Source of the DNA: an uncultured delta proteobacterium
GTDB taxonomy: Bacteria; Desulfobacterota; Binatia; UBA9968
Assembly: GCA_963760795.1 (NCBI GenBank)
Contig: CAVXEP010000029.1
Location: forward strand, 224,001-288,000
DNA: 64,000 nucleotides
Reading direction: 5' to 3'
The stretch's first letter is position 1. Each line of letters starts with the position of its first letter. Below the pieces are notes generated by a model that was not told the DNA's origin, did no database searches, and saw only the letters and a list, made by a program, of their open reading frames with translations. This document shows, piece by piece, positions 1-10,549 of this stretch. The position numbers and the translations under genes are program-made.

Positions 1-607
1 CGTGGACGATGCGCTCCGGAATGCGCTCATGGTCAAAATGGGTGATCTTCTCGCGCAGAATAAAATCTTGGAGCAGCGCCGGGCCGCGAAATCCGGCTTT
101 GAGCGAGTTTTGGTTATCAGCGATTGGGACACCCTGATTCGTGGTCAGCGCTTGTTCGCTGGAATCTACACGTACCCGATCCAATGGAGAGCTCGTTGGA
201 TTGCTGCCTAATTGCGGTTTGCCGGCACCGGCTTTGTCGGAGGGAGTGGTTTCGGTTAACGTGCTGCCGGTAGCGGACGGGTTTGAGGGAGTCACCGTCT
301 GACCCGGCTGAGGCTGCGTCGCAAATTCGCCATGCTCGAGCGGCTTGTTCACGTTATACGGCATATCGGCAGCGAGCTTCTGAGTCGCGGCGAATTTATC
401 GGTTAGGGCGTCCCCTCTATTATCTCCCGAATCACCGCGACGCGCGGGGCCGCTAACGGTTGAACGCGAACTGGACTTCGGCACCGGGCCAGCGGGCGCT
501 TGGTTAACGATATCTTTATTGTTGCGCGCGATGACAGGCGGCACCGGCCGGGTTTTGGGTTTCTCTTTGGTAGTCCGGGAAGAGCGAGATTTTTTTTTGG
601 TTGCCAT
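1..607 (-). CDS. katE: Monofunctional heme catalase, large-subunit (HPII) type; N-terminal part, runs off the window edge
   Basis: Manual translation from ATG at 607: [10 protein letters not shown]...[49 protein letters not shown] (catalase distal-His motif). Not in the ORF track because its stop lies outside the window. Confidence 0.95.
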   Translation of the reverse strand, partial: MATKKKSRSSRTTKEKPKTRPVPPVIARNNKDIVNQAPAGPVPKSSSRSTVSGPARRGDSGDNRGDALTDKFAATQKLAADMPYNVNKPLEHGEFATQPQPGQTVTPSNPSATGSTLTETTPSDKAGAGKPQLGSNPTSSPLDRVRVDSSEQALTTNQGVPIADNQNSLKAGFRGPALLQDFILREKITHFDHERIPERIVH

Positions 608-656
608 GATGGTCCTTTTTAATAGTCAAAATTCATAACCGAGACGACCGGTTTAG

Positions 657-1268
657 TTACGCCGATTTTTTAATCACAGGCGGCAGCAGGCGCGCCGCTT
701 CGGCTTTGGCCGCGCCTATGGCAGTTTGAACGTTCTTTACTTCTTCCGGTGGTGGCAGGACCGCTGTCATACCCAAGGCTTCGATCCAGAGTTCCCTTGC
801 CCATCCTTTAGTATGGTACAGATGCTCGTCTTCTTGATTCTCTATTTCGTCATATGCCTCTTGCAGGGCAAGCGCCTCGTTTTCTTCCATCTGTTCTGCG
901 CACTGGCCGATCAGTGCCCAATCCATGTGGTCTTTGGTTTCGGCCAGAACTACGCACTCGCAAGCGACCAATTGCGCAGCATCCGGCTTGCCGGCCTTAA
1001 GCGCCATTTCCATCGCCTGGACCAAAGAGGCGCCTATATGGCGGACGATTTGCTGGCCCGGCGTGTCTTGTTCGGGTTTCAAACCGATCTTCGTGCATAG
1101 CGTAGTCAGAACTTTAACGTGGTTGCGGGTTTGTTCCAGGTACTCTTGCCAATCCTCTCGCAGATCAGGGTTGATGACGCACTTCAGAGCCGTCTCGTAA
1201 ATTTTGACCCCGCCTTTTTCATGCTCGAAGGATTGCAATATTAATTCTTTCAACTGATCTAGCTTCAT
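657..1268 (-). CDS. Ferritin-like (di-metal four-helix bundle) stress protein
   Basis: EHEKGG..YE, EQTRNH, ETKDH and EDEH carboxylate/His pattern; AGGAG RBS; directly upstream of katE on the same strand. Confidence 0.75.
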   Translation of the reverse strand: MKLDQLKELILQSFEHEKGGVKIYETALKCVINPDLREDWQEYLEQTRNHVKVLTTLCTKIGLKPEQDTPGQQIVRHIGASLVQAMEMALKAGKPDAAQLVACECVVLAETKDHMDWALIGQCAEQMEENEALALQEAYDEIENQEDEHLYHTKGWARELWIEALGMTAVLPPPEEVKNVQTAIGAAKAEAARLLPPVIKKSA

Positions 1269-1503
1269 GTAATCTCCTAATTCTCTATCATTCAGACGAA
1301 TTTACGGACGCTGCCCACCAGCGGCGTTTCCAGAGTGACTGTATGGCCGCCGGCCGCACCAGTTAAGGACCGCCAATAATGAACTGCGAACGGCTGCGTC
1401 CATTACGCCTACTAGGACGCGCCGATAGTGAATCCAAATTATAATGCACTTCGGAAACGTCGCTTCTCTCCTGACCCAATCCTGTTAACGTTTATTCGAT
1501 GGG

Positions 1504-1519
1504 AGCAACTAGCGTGCCG
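1504..1519 (-). promoter_or_regulatory. Sigma-54 -24/-12 promoter for the ferritin-like/katE operon
   Basis: CGGCACGCTAGTTGCT on the minus strand (GG-N10-GC, GGCAC-N5-TTGC). Confidence 0.7.
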
Positions 1520-1620
1520 CTAAACTGTGGACCTACTCCGCTGCTGCCATCAGCTAGAGCATCAAATCTGTTTCAAACTTAGGATAAGGTGGAGCGCCGG
1601 TGTCCCGATTCTAATTACTC
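1504..1620 (-). repeat. Copy 1 of a duplicated ~117-bp promoter module (copy 2 at 10263-10379, inverted)
   Basis: Near gap-free alignment by eye: AGAAT..GACACCGGC..AAGTTTG.AACA.A.TTGAT.CTCTAGC..AGGTC.A.AGTTTAGCGGCACG(C/T)TAGTTGC. Confidence 0.8.
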
Positions 1621-2172
1621 GCATTGCGCAAACGCGAGCGGAGTCCAAGTGATTAGTCGAAATCCATCGGGTGTGCGATCGACTGCAGAGCCGCGTCGGT
1701 TTTGTTGATTGCGATCCAGTAAGAATCGTCGAGGCGTCGGGGCATTTCAGTGAAACGCCAGTTTCCCTTGCCTCAGAGGCTTTGACTGTGCTCACCGGTT
1801 AATTGCTTCTTGACCCCACTGGTTGAAAAAAATAAACCGGGATGTAATTTCGTGCTGAAGTGGGTCGGGGTCCACACTTTTAATCGAGTAGTCCTATTTG
1901 TGGGGATAATTTTAGTGCGTTGTCTCGTATCTGCATTCGGCGCCAGGGACGCAGTAGGGCAGGAGCGCAGCTCCGGTATTCGTATGCTGGACTGAAGAGG
2001 ATCGCTCCGGCTACAAGGTACAGTCAAAGCTCTCTGGTTACTTCGATCGTCACTTGCAGTTTCGAGGAGCTCAGTTGGGTAGAGGATTAATTTTAAGTCC
2101 CGACAGATTGCCCGCTTGGAGGTCAACCACGTCAAATCGATTCAATGTGAACCAACCAAAATTCAAACAGTC

Positions 2173-2203
2173 CAATCAGAGGGAAAAGCTTTCCCTCTGA
2201 TTG
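2173..2203. terminator. Hairpin terminator downstream of the hsp20 pair
   Basis: CAATCAGAGGGAAA-AGC-TTTCCCTCTGATTG perfect inverted repeat. Confidence 0.7.
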
Positions 2204-2233
2204 TTGTTAGCTTCGCCCTTAACGACAGCTATC

Positions 2234-2632
2234 TTATGCTACTTTAACCTCGATCTTTCGCGGCTTGACTTCCTCAGCCTTCGGCAAATACAAGGTCAAG
2301 ACTCCGTGCTTGAGCTCGGCGGAGATCTTGCTCTGGTCGACCTTCTCGTTCAACTCGAATTGGCGAAAGAAATTTACCAAACCGTATTCCCGATAAACCG
2401 GACCGCCGGCCGCCGCATGCGCCGCTCTGCCGCGAATGGTCAGTAGATTGTTCTCCACGCGCATGTCCAGACCATCTTTAGCAACGCCCGGTAAATCGGC
2501 GGTCACCACCAGCCCATTGGTGGTCTCGTATATATCTACGGGCGGCGTGATATATCTTTCCTGACTTCGGGTTTCTTCTCGGCTTGACGAGGCCTTTTCT
2601 TGCGCGCGAGTCGCTACAGTTCTTTCGGCCAT
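2234..2632 (-). CDS. Hsp20/alpha-crystallin small heat shock protein
   Basis: PPVDIYET..ADLPGV..AELKHGVLTLYLPKAEE motif; AGGAGG RBS. Confidence 0.93.
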   Translation of the reverse strand: MAERTVATRAQEKASSSREETRSQERYITPPVDIYETTNGLVVTADLPGVAKDGLDMRVENNLLTIRGRAAHAAAGGPVYREYGLVNFFRQFELNEKVDQSKISAELKHGVLTLYLPKAEEVKPRKIEVKVA

Positions 2633-2659
2633 GGCTATATCCCTCCTTGTCGTGAGTTA

Positions 2660-3118
2660 TCAGGCGATTTTAACGGTGATTTGTTTGGGCTTGGCTTTCT
2701 CGGCTTTTGGTAAAGTCACCACCAGCAGCCCGTTTTTGTATTCTGCCTCGATGCCGGTCTCGTCGATCTCGACAGGCAAGTCGATGGTGCGAACAAACTT
2801 CCCACTGGCTCGCTCATTTCTATGAAATGCTTCCGGCTTGATGTCTCCGGGGATGCCACTCTTCTCTCCCGCTAAGGTCAGACGATTTTGCAACGCGTTG
2901 AGATTGATGGATTGAGGATCAACGCCGGGAGTCAACGCTTCGACGTAAATGTTATCCTTATCTTCGAGTAAATTTACCAACGGATATCGCCGCGGTTCGC
3001 GGCCGGGAAGAAAAGCGACGCGATGAGGCTGCCCTTGTTCAAAGCCAAAATCTTCAAAAGCTCGGCCGATTTCTCGCCGCAAGGCTTCCACGTCAGCGAC
3101 GGAATTCCACTCTGCCAT
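2660..3118 (-). CDS. Hsp20/alpha-crystallin small heat shock protein
   Basis: HRNERASGKFVRTIDLP..AEYKNGLLVVTLPKAE motif; GTG start with AGGAGG RBS. Confidence 0.93.
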   Translation of the reverse strand: MAEWNSVADVEALRREIGRAFEDFGFEQGQPHRVAFLPGREPRRYPLVNLLEDKDNIYVEALTPGVDPQSINLNALQNRLTLAGEKSGIPGDIKPEAFHRNERASGKFVRTIDLPVEIDETGIEAEYKNGLLVVTLPKAEKAKPKQITVKIA

Positions 3119-3169
3119 AGTCCTGTACCTCCTTTATTTATTGTTTCCCGACGAACCAATTTCGACGGT

Positions 3170-3197
3170 AAGTTAGTCACGCGCGCAGGCTTGTCAA
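3170..3197 (-). promoter_or_regulatory. Sigma-70-type promoter for the hsp20 pair
   Basis: TTGACA-N16-TAACTT about 50 nt upstream of the start codon. Confidence 0.5.
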
Positions 3198-3337
3198 GAT
3201 GGATAATATCAAAATTAGTTCTCGGGATGGGATTTTTTATGTTCGTTGGTCACCCCCACTGCGGTTTTCAAGATCTGGCGAAATAGCGGAATACTTGACA
3301 AGTCGCACACCCATACATAAACGCCTTCGAAATATAA

Positions 3338-3365
3338 AAAGGGGAAGCGGCTAAGCTTTCCCTTT
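3338..3365 (+). terminator. Hairpin, possible intrinsic terminator
   Basis: AAAGGGGAAGC-GGCTAA-GCTTTCCCTTT. Confidence 0.45.
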
Positions 3366-3545
3366 CGTGACTGAAGAGGGTTTATTAGGTGAACGCTGGG
3401 CCAGGCAGTACATCCTGCTGGCGGTCAAGCAGAGCCGGCGTGCCTTTGCCGTTAAGGGTTGGTACCAATACACCAGCGCCAAGATCATTGAATCAACCTT
3501 GAACTTAATGAAGTGGTTAAAGTCCGCTCCCGGGGAAACAGATTG

Positions 3546-3809
3546 ATGAGTATGCTCATAAAGTTGTACCGAACCGATGTCGATTGTTTAATCGAGCATG
3601 TAGCGCCCGGTTCAGGTCTGCGCCAAAAACTTTGCAGTTCAAGGCTTCTGATCCCCAAAGAATCGCCTATCGAAACACCCGCTACCGCAATTGTCTGCAC
3701 CGAGGCTGAGGCACGCGAATTATTGTTAATTGCCAAAGAGCGCTGTTTTCACGGGGCGGTTCTGGAAATACAAAGGGGGATGACGCTCTGCGGTTGCAAT
3801 AGCTCTTGA
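3546..3809 (+). CDS. Small hypothetical protein
   Basis: GGGGA RBS-like site before ATG; protein-like composition (IVCTEAEARELLLIAKERC..AVLEIQ). Confidence 0.5.
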   Translation: MSMLIKLYRTDVDCLIEHVAPGSGLRQKLCSSRLLIPKESPIETPATAIVCTEAEARELLLIAKERCFHGAVLEIQRGMTLCGCNSS

Positions 3810-4564
3810 GCGATCCATCTGACCACATTCTATTTGTGATCGGCTCGGTTTACCCTTCCATGACGGCTCTTTTTCGCGATGGTCCGATCTATCCCGCGGC
3901 GCGCAAAACTGAGGCAAACAACTAGGTACACAAAGAATCAAAGTGAATCCTTGTCCGATTCACGGGATAGCGTGTAGGCAGAATCTCGTGCATGGAACAC
4001 TGAGCGACAAAAAGCTTTTCAGCTCGCGACCTGATAGTCTCTTATACCTTTGCGACTATAGTCCCAACACTGAGATTTGAATTCCGAATATGGTGCCACA
4101 GTTGAGACGAATTCTACGCTAAATCGGAACGACCGGGCTGCTTGGAAACGTAAAAAACACTCAGAACTCACTAATTATTTGCTTTTTTTTCAACCGTCAG
4201 GCGACCTCGACCCCGATATCTTTGTGTCCGATTCGCTCGCCTCTTGCCGACTCAATCGATGCAAGTTGAAAGGTGACAGCGGAACAATCGCGTTCAGTTC
4301 ACTCTTAACCTTGGCCATAGCCAGGATCAGGATTCCGTTACCGAATGTAGCGCCTCGTGGACGGCCAGGAGGGGGACCCAATCGTCCGACATTAGAGACT
4401 AAACGCGGGGCGAAATTGTCCCACGTGAAAATACATTGCCCTGCGCAGCGCGTCGCCCTACTTTTGGTGCCATGGAGTTGACGTAAATCGTACTCCGATA
4501 TGATGAGTGACTGCTGGCCACTTCAATCAGTCTGTGGCGTCCCGTCGCTCAGCCTGTGGCGTAC

Positions 4565-4580
4565 TGGACTAACAATTGCA
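4565..4580 (+). promoter_or_regulatory. Putative sigma-54 promoter
   Basis: TGGACTAACAATTGCA (GG-N10-GC) about 30 nt before the ATG at 4612. Confidence 0.5.
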
Positions 4581-4611
4581 TTTTCAGCTTGCCGCCGGAC
4601 GGGGGTGATCA

Positions 4612-6138
4612 ATGCGCAGGAACGTTATTGTCTTTAGTGTGATCCTATTTATTTGGTCGGTTATCTTGTTCTACGGCTCAATGGGAGTCAGTCAGCAGCG
4701 AACCCCGCCGGAGGCGGTCGAGGACGCTCAAACTCCCCGCTCAGTCCAATCGAAACGGCCTGAGCAGCAAAAGACCTCGCATGACCAGGCTGACGTATTC
4801 TCCGGTTCCAACGCTCCCCCTTCCTCGCCGGTTTTTAGGAATCAACCGGATGAAGGCAAAGCATTGGGTTTTGATTTTGCGCGAGATCCTTTTAACGCAA
4901 AACAGCCGATGCAATCAGGCGATGAAATCATGAAGAACGATATCGCCGAGAAACCAAAAGTGACCGCCGCCCAACAGCAGTTACTGACGCAACGTTATGA
5001 CCTAACCCCTCGGCTAGACGCCACGGCCAAGATGTCGCGGGGCAAACCATTACCGGTTGGCCCTACTGCTCGCCTCTCTGGAGGGGCAAGCTGGCAAAGT
5101 CTAGCGCAAATGACTGCGGAAGAGATTCGCAAGCGCAACGGTTTTCCCTATCCCTCGCTTCCTCACCCTAAGCACGCTGCCGGCGGAATGGTCTTCCCGC
5201 AAGCCCAGATTGAGATGTTTCCTCGCCTGGAACGATTTGATGTAGAGTTCGATATCCCGGAAGCATTTCTACCGGAATTCCCGCCAGCCATTTTTCTGCA
5301 AAACCGCCCCGAGTTAGGAGACGTTTCCCGCGGCGAGGTTGTTTCTATTAATAACTTTTATCGACTGTTCAAAGATCTCCTGACCCCCGTGCAACTCGAT
5401 GGCTTGCAGTTTTTGGTGACTCCGTTCCCTCAAGAGGAGTTCAATCCAACCGATGATCGAAAAACGCGGCAGCCCAGTCTCGGCGTTTCGTGTTTCGACT
5501 GCCATGTTAACGGTCATACTACGGGCCAGTTTCACCTCAATCCTGACAACCGGCCGCAGCATCGCCGCTTTCGGCTCGACACTACGAGCCTACGGGGAAT
5601 GTTTGCACAGCAAATACATGGCTCCAAGCGAAGCCTGCGCTCCGTCGAAGATTTCACGGAATTCGAACAGCGGACCGCGTACTTCAACGGCGATCCTATC
5701 CGGGCGATGAAAAAAGGGATCAATATTTTGGATAGGGTCCGTGTAAGCCATATGGCGCAGCTCCAAAATATGCTCAACTTTCCACCTGCGCCTAAATTGA
5801 ATGTCCAAGGTCGGCTCGATCCGACCAAAGCGACGCAGAGTGAAACACGGGGGCAAAATCTCTTTTTTGGCAAAGGTCAGTGCTCCACCTGCCATGTGCC
5901 GCCATTTTATCTTGATGATAGAATGCACGACCTGCAAGTGGAACGATTCGTCAACGAGCCGCCAGACGGGCCGATAAAAACCTTCACTCTGCGCGGGATC
6001 AAAGACAGTCCACCTTACCTTCACGACGGGCGCTTGCTGACGCTGGAAGATACGGTTGAGTTTTTCAATCTTATTCTCGGGCTGAAGTTAAATGAGCAGG
6101 AAAAGTTAGACTTGGTGGCTTTCATGCGGGTGCTCTAA
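4612..6138 (+). CDS. Exported diheme cytochrome c, bCcP/MauG superfamily
   Basis: N-terminal signal/TM segment; CFDCH and CSTCH; KTFTLRGIKDSPPYLHDGRLLTLEDTV peroxidase-family C-terminal motif. Confidence 0.85.
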   Translation: MRRNVIVFSVILFIWSVILFYGSMGVSQQRTPPEAVEDAQTPRSVQSKRPEQQKTSHDQADVFSGSNAPPSSPVFRNQPDEGKALGFDFARDPFNAKQPMQSGDEIMKNDIAEKPKVTAAQQQLLTQRYDLTPRLDATAKMSRGKPLPVGPTARLSGGASWQSLAQMTAEEIRKRNGFPYPSLPHPKHAAGGMVFPQAQIEMFPRLERFDVEFDIPEAFLPEFPPAIFLQNRPELGDVSRGEVVSINNFYRLFKDLLTPVQLDGLQFLVTPFPQEEFNPTDDRKTRQPSLGVSCFDCHVNGHTTGQFHLNPDNRPQHRRFRLDTTSLRGMFAQQIHGSKRSLRSVEDFTEFEQRTAYFNGDPIRAMKKGINILDRVRVSHMAQLQNMLNFPPAPKLNVQGRLDPTKATQSETRGQNLFFGKGQCSTCHVPPFYLDDRMHDLQVERFVNEPPDGPIKTFTLRGIKDSPPYLHDGRLLTLEDTVEFFNLILGLKLNEQEKLDLVAFMRVL

Positions 6139-6315
6139 TTCAAGATACGCTGCGAAGAAAGGGTATCTCTCAAAACGAAAATCGTCACTGCTAACTTTAC
6201 TAACGTGCGTGAAAGAATTTGTCGCATTATCGAGACTAAATCCTGGTTTTGATTCACTCCTGAGAGAATGAGCAGCTACAGTCAGATAACTTTACATTAA
6301 ATTTATTCCAGCGGG

Positions 6316-6331
6316 TGGTACTATCTTTGCA
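6316..6331 (+). promoter_or_regulatory. Putative sigma-54 promoter
   Basis: TGGTACTATCTTTGCA about 40 nt before the ATG at 6373. Confidence 0.65.
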
Positions 6332-6372
6332 CTAGTCCATCTTAAGTTTACCAAATTAAACAGGGCGGTCTT

Positions 6373-6642
6373 ATGGGCATTATAGGATGGATATTTTTCG
6401 GGTTGGTAGTGGGCGTGGTTGGAAAGTTCTTAATGCCGGGACGTGATCCCGGGGGATGGGTCATTACTATATTGTTGGGAATAGGCGGGGCGCTAATCGG
6501 CGGGTTTGTCGGCCAATCGCTAGGCTTTTATCGTGAGGGTGAGCCTGCCGGATTTATCATGGCCGTAATCGGATCTATTCTGCTCTTGGTTATATATCGA
6601 ATGTTTGCCGGCAAACGAACGATCGCGGATCGGCAGTATTAA
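6373..6642 (+). CDS. GlsB/YeaQ/YmgE family (transglycosylase-associated) stress membrane protein
   Basis: WIFFGLVVGVVGKFLMPGRDPGG..TILLGIGGALIGG signature. Confidence 0.92.
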   Translation: MGIIGWIFFGLVVGVVGKFLMPGRDPGGWVITILLGIGGALIGGFVGQSLGFYREGEPAGFIMAVIGSILLLVIYRMFAGKRTIADRQY

Positions 6643-6658
6643 ATCCAAACTCGTCAAT

Positions 6659-6692
6659 ATAGAAGCCCGCTAACTCATTAGCGGGCTTCTAT
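6659..6692 (+). terminator. Intrinsic terminator
   Basis: ATAGAAGCCCGCTAA-CTCA-TTAGCGGGCTTCTAT followed by a T-rich tract. Confidence 0.8.
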
Positions 6693-6857
6693 GTTGTTTG
6701 GTATCCCAGTCAATTACCCCTGACCCCTCAGCAATAATGCTTTCAAGCTCGCGGCCTGTTTTCTAATGTCGAGAGTTTACCGCTCTGGCGACACTAAAGT
6801 GTCGTGAGTTAGCGTTGTTTTTTGGATTTTGCAATACATTTCGGAGGCCAATCAACG

Positions 6858-7088
6858 GTGAAGCGAACAAAAGAAGAATCTAATATTGAAATTGTACTCA
6901 GACAGGAATCCTCACCCAAGGTCGAAATAATTCTGAAAAGCGGGACAACGAGCCTATTTAGGACAACACTCTCATTTCCTAATATGGCAATGGCGGAAGA
7001 ATATGCCCAGTATATGGCTCGGGGCATGGGAGTCTCATATGATGATATTGTCTACTATTCCTACGCCTGTGCGAAAAATCCCGGCTAA
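6858..7088 (+). CDS. Small hypothetical protein
   Basis: GGAGG upstream of the GTG at 6858; no recognised domain. Confidence 0.4.
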   Translation: MKRTKEESNIEIVLRQESSPKVEIILKSGTTSLFRTTLSFPNMAMAEEYAQYMARGMGVSYDDIVYYSYACAKNPG

Positions 7089-7743
7089 CCACAGAGGGTT
7101 TCTCGCATGGATGTCTCCCCCTTCTGTAAACTGGCGATAAGAGCTTAAAGGAACGCGCAGGTCGCAAGAAAATCTTTCGCTGGAAGAATGTTCATCGCGA
7201 CCGCAAGAGCGGTACCCCTGACGAAGTTCTAGCCAAGACGCCGGATAAGGCCGGCCGATGGGGTCAAACCAAATTGCCAAACTTTTCAGAAATATACTTG
7301 TAATCGAAAATTGTCTCCAACGCTTGGACTCTTCGACCTTTACACTAACGAACTCGCGAAGATCGCTTTAGCGAAGACCTGCCGGTTGACTGCGCCACGC
7401 CTGATCAGCGCTGTAAAGAGGCTCTGAGTGTGGTGTCAAGCGTTTGAAACGATTGAAGTAAGTATTCGGTAGTCGTTATCGCGGTCCGTACTTGTTAGTG
7501 CCCAGGGGTTCAGCTGCGGCGTGTCTTTGCGACTCCCATTCAATCTTCATAGCCGCGTTGCGTAAGCCCAGCCGCAATTTGCGGTGCGTCTTATCCCATC
7601 GATGTTTAGAAAGTGGCGCATAGATATGTCTCGCGGTTGCCGAGCGCTCATTCACTATATCTGTCGATCGATTCTCCCCGTCCCGCGGCGGGCCGGAGTT
7701 TCTCGGACCACAGTCGGTCGTCCGGCTCTAGTGCAACGAGATC

Positions 7744-8001
7744 TTATCCACTCAACAGGGGATTTTGTATAGGCACCTCGATAACGGGCTTACCATTATC
7801 GATCCACTTTCTCCCAGTTCGTATCGCCCACAAATCGGCTTTCTCTTCACTTCCGAAGCCGTCGCCAGGACTATCAAAATATTGAGTTCTAAGAGTAGCG
7901 CCTTCATTCCATTGCACGATCACCTTAGATCGCCATTTCCTGCTGTTAGGTATCCGCCACGGAATGGTCCCGAGTGAGTGACCCTTGTAAGAAAGCAACA
8001 T
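7744..8001 (-). CDS. Small hypothetical protein
   Basis: GGGGGA RBS; YKGH..W..W..F..EEKA..GRKWIDNGKP pattern suggests a compact alpha/beta orphan family. Confidence 0.6.
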   Translation of the reverse strand: MLLSYKGHSLGTIPWRIPNSRKWRSKVIVQWNEGATLRTQYFDSPGDGFGSEEKADLWAIRTGRKWIDNGKPVIEVPIQNPLLSG

Positions 8002-8103
8002 GATTCCCCCAAAATTGTCACGCTGCGAATAACGACGCTGCTTTTATGATCTGTATTAACAAAGGTTCACAGGCTATTCTGCTCCTTCGGCGAGGCACGA
8101 TAT

Positions 8104-8367
8104 TTATTTCTTTTGTTCCGGTTTCGCTGGGCTTTCCAACTTGCCTGTACGCATGCTGCTAATCTCTTGAACTGGCTGTATTTGCGCTTCACGGAATTCC
8201 GGTAAATCGAATTTGCGCAGGATGTTGCTTCCGGGCGGCGGCGGTTGGTTTGAGATCACCAGCTTGCCTTGGGCATCTTTGTAAATGTAATGGTCTTCGG
8301 ATTGGCTATATGCCGTTAGGAAAAACAAGAACGTAAATATCAGCGCTGCTGTCGTGATGATTTTCAC
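8104..8367 (-). CDS. DUF4124-like exported protein
   Basis: Signal peptide followed by YIYKDAQGKLVISNQPPP; AGGAG RBS. Confidence 0.7.
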   Translation of the reverse strand: MKIITTAALIFTFLFFLTAYSQSEDHYIYKDAQGKLVISNQPPPPGSNILRKFDLPEFREAQIQPVQEISSMRTGKLESPAKPEQKK

Positions 8368-9410
8368 AGGTGAACTCCTTTGTTACACAGCTCAGCATGT
8401 ACGCCCCAGGCGAGTTTCCAGTGAAGGGACCCACGCTCCTAAAATTGTGCGGGAAGAAGTGAGTGCAACATGAAATCGCCTCCGTCTAGATATTTTACTA
8501 GCAACCGGAGTGTCCACATTGGCATTTGTTTGAAGCCACCGATGGAGCATTGGCGCATCGATCACTACAGTATGTGTTCGCGCCTTTGGAAACGCCTTTG
8601 CCCTGTTCCACTTTACAGTTGCACCCATTATGAGCACAGTTCTGGTCGGCCATTCGAGTTCACCTCCTTTTAGTCGATAGATTCGGACCTAATCTAATTT
8701 AAGTCTAGCGAGCTTTACCCAACTCATCCCAACATCGAGAACGTGCTCGGTAACGACCGCATGACGTCTGCGGCAAACTAAAATGCAATTGTCAGTCCAG
8801 TAAAAAGCTTGAGTCCGACAGAGGATGAGCGTCACGTAGCCAATAACCGCCAACAATTTTCATGGGCACGGGAAGTTGAAAGAGACTTGGGCCGGTGTTT
8901 CAAAGTAGAAGCATGGCAAGAGCGGGTTCGTCTCCATGGTTGGAGCCCATGAAGTGGATTACTGAAGGAAAGCCAAACTCCCCGCATAGAAAACTTGTGG
9001 TGAGGGGCAGCTTCCAAAACCTAAATGATTCTTACGAAATTGGTGGTTACTTGGTGTGAGTGTTACAAGCTGGCACTGCTCTATTAGTTTGTTTGAACCG
9101 CATCAACCAATAATTGCGTCTCAACCTTGGCATTATCTTCGTGATCTATGTCTCAGTTTCGGGACGCCAATCACAAGAATCGTTTCGGTGCATGCTGCAT
9201 GGTTTGAAGTCGTCCTGCTGGCACATCTTTTGAGTTCCTGCTTTTTAACCCCCCGCAATCAGTCCGATCTGACGATTGTCGCGGGCCCGCTGACTTATAA
9301 AATGGCCGCACCAAGCTGCTCATGACCACATGCCCGCTCCTAAATATTTCATCTCAATGGTTGTTCTTACTGTGGCGGGCTTTTTCAGCTTGCTTTTGGA
9401 GTAAAAATTA

Positions 9411-10082
9411 ATGATCACCTCGGTCATATTCGATATCGATGGCACCTTAGTGGATTCGGTCGATTTACATGCCGAGGCTTGGCGAGAGGCCCTTGAGCGA
9501 TTCGGCAAGAAAGTCTCTTTCGCAGAGGTTCGTCGGCAAATCGGCAAGGGCGGAGATCAGTTGATGCCCGTTTTTCTATCGCGAGAGGAGTTGCAGAATT
9601 TCAGCGACGAACTCGAACAGTACCGCAGTGACCTTTTTAAAAAAGAGTTTCTGCCTCGTGTAAAAGCCTTTCCCGACGTTCGGCAATTGTTTCAGAGAAT
9701 CAGCGAAGATGACAAGCGTATCGCGCTGGCGTCTTCGGCAAAGGGCGACGAACTCAAGACTTATAAAGCTATCGCCGGCATCGAGGATCTCGTCGAGACC
9801 GAAACCTCGTCGGATGACGCCGACAGGTCAAAACCGTATCCGGACATCTTTCAGGCCGCGCTTGCCCAGTTGGGCGATGTAAGACCCGATAATGTGGTGG
9901 TGGTCGGCGATACTATCTATGATGCAGAGGCCGCCGGCAAAGCCCACTTGCGGACAATCGGTGTCATGTGTGGGGGCTGGAGCGAGGAAGACTTGCGCCG
10001 AGCCGGATGCATCGCGGTCTACCGCGATCCCGCGGATTTGCTCAACGGATACGATGCGTCTCCGATTAGCCGAGGTGGATAG
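9411..10082 (+). CDS. HAD-superfamily hydrolase/phosphatase
   Basis: Motif I FDIDGTLVDS, motif II LASS, motif III/IV KPYPD..VGDTIYD. Confidence 0.93.
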   Translation: MITSVIFDIDGTLVDSVDLHAEAWREALERFGKKVSFAEVRRQIGKGGDQLMPVFLSREELQNFSDELEQYRSDLFKKEFLPRVKAFPDVRQLFQRISEDDKRIALASSAKGDELKTYKAIAGIEDLVETETSSDDADRSKPYPDIFQAALAQLGDVRPDNVVVVGDTIYDAEAAGKAHLRTIGVMCGGWSEEDLRRAGCIAVYRDPADLLNGYDASPISRGG

Positions 10083-10262
10083 CGGCTAGACTTCCTTACA
10101 CCAGGCCTGTGCGCTACAGCTTGGGATCATTTTTAACGATTGTGTTTGAATGAGCGTCTTACACGCGAGCAAGCGCTCTGACGCCGCGGCAATCGTTTTT
10201 CCGTGCTGAGCATCGCGCCAAGCTCGATTACCAACCCTACATCTACCCGAACTCACTGCTTA

Positions 10263-10379
10263 GGATGAATCAGAATTGTGACACCGGCATACTAAATTTC
10301 CCAAGTTTGGAACAAAGTTGATTCTCTAGCCGCTAGCAACGGGCTATCAGGTCTATAGTTTAGCGGCACGTTAGTTGCG
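10263..10379 (+). repeat. Copy 2 of the duplicated promoter module, ending in the sigma-54 site CGGCACGTTAGTTGCG (10364-10379)
   Basis: Aligns to the reverse complement of 1504-1620. Confidence 0.8.
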
Positions 10380-10549
10380 AATTATTCGGGAGCAGGCTTT
10401 CCGAAGCGCATCATTATCTGAATTTACTTTCGGCGTCCTTTGACCGCCTGAGTTTTTGAATAGGATGAATGAACTGAATGCAACGGCGAGTATTGGCAAT
10501 AGAAATAGCAATCACGGCACGAGGACGATCGAGATTTTCTACAAGTCGA

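Noticed and set aside
2-211. Plus-strand 69-aa ORF in the track
   Set aside because: It is the antisense shadow of the catalase N-terminus on the minus strand.
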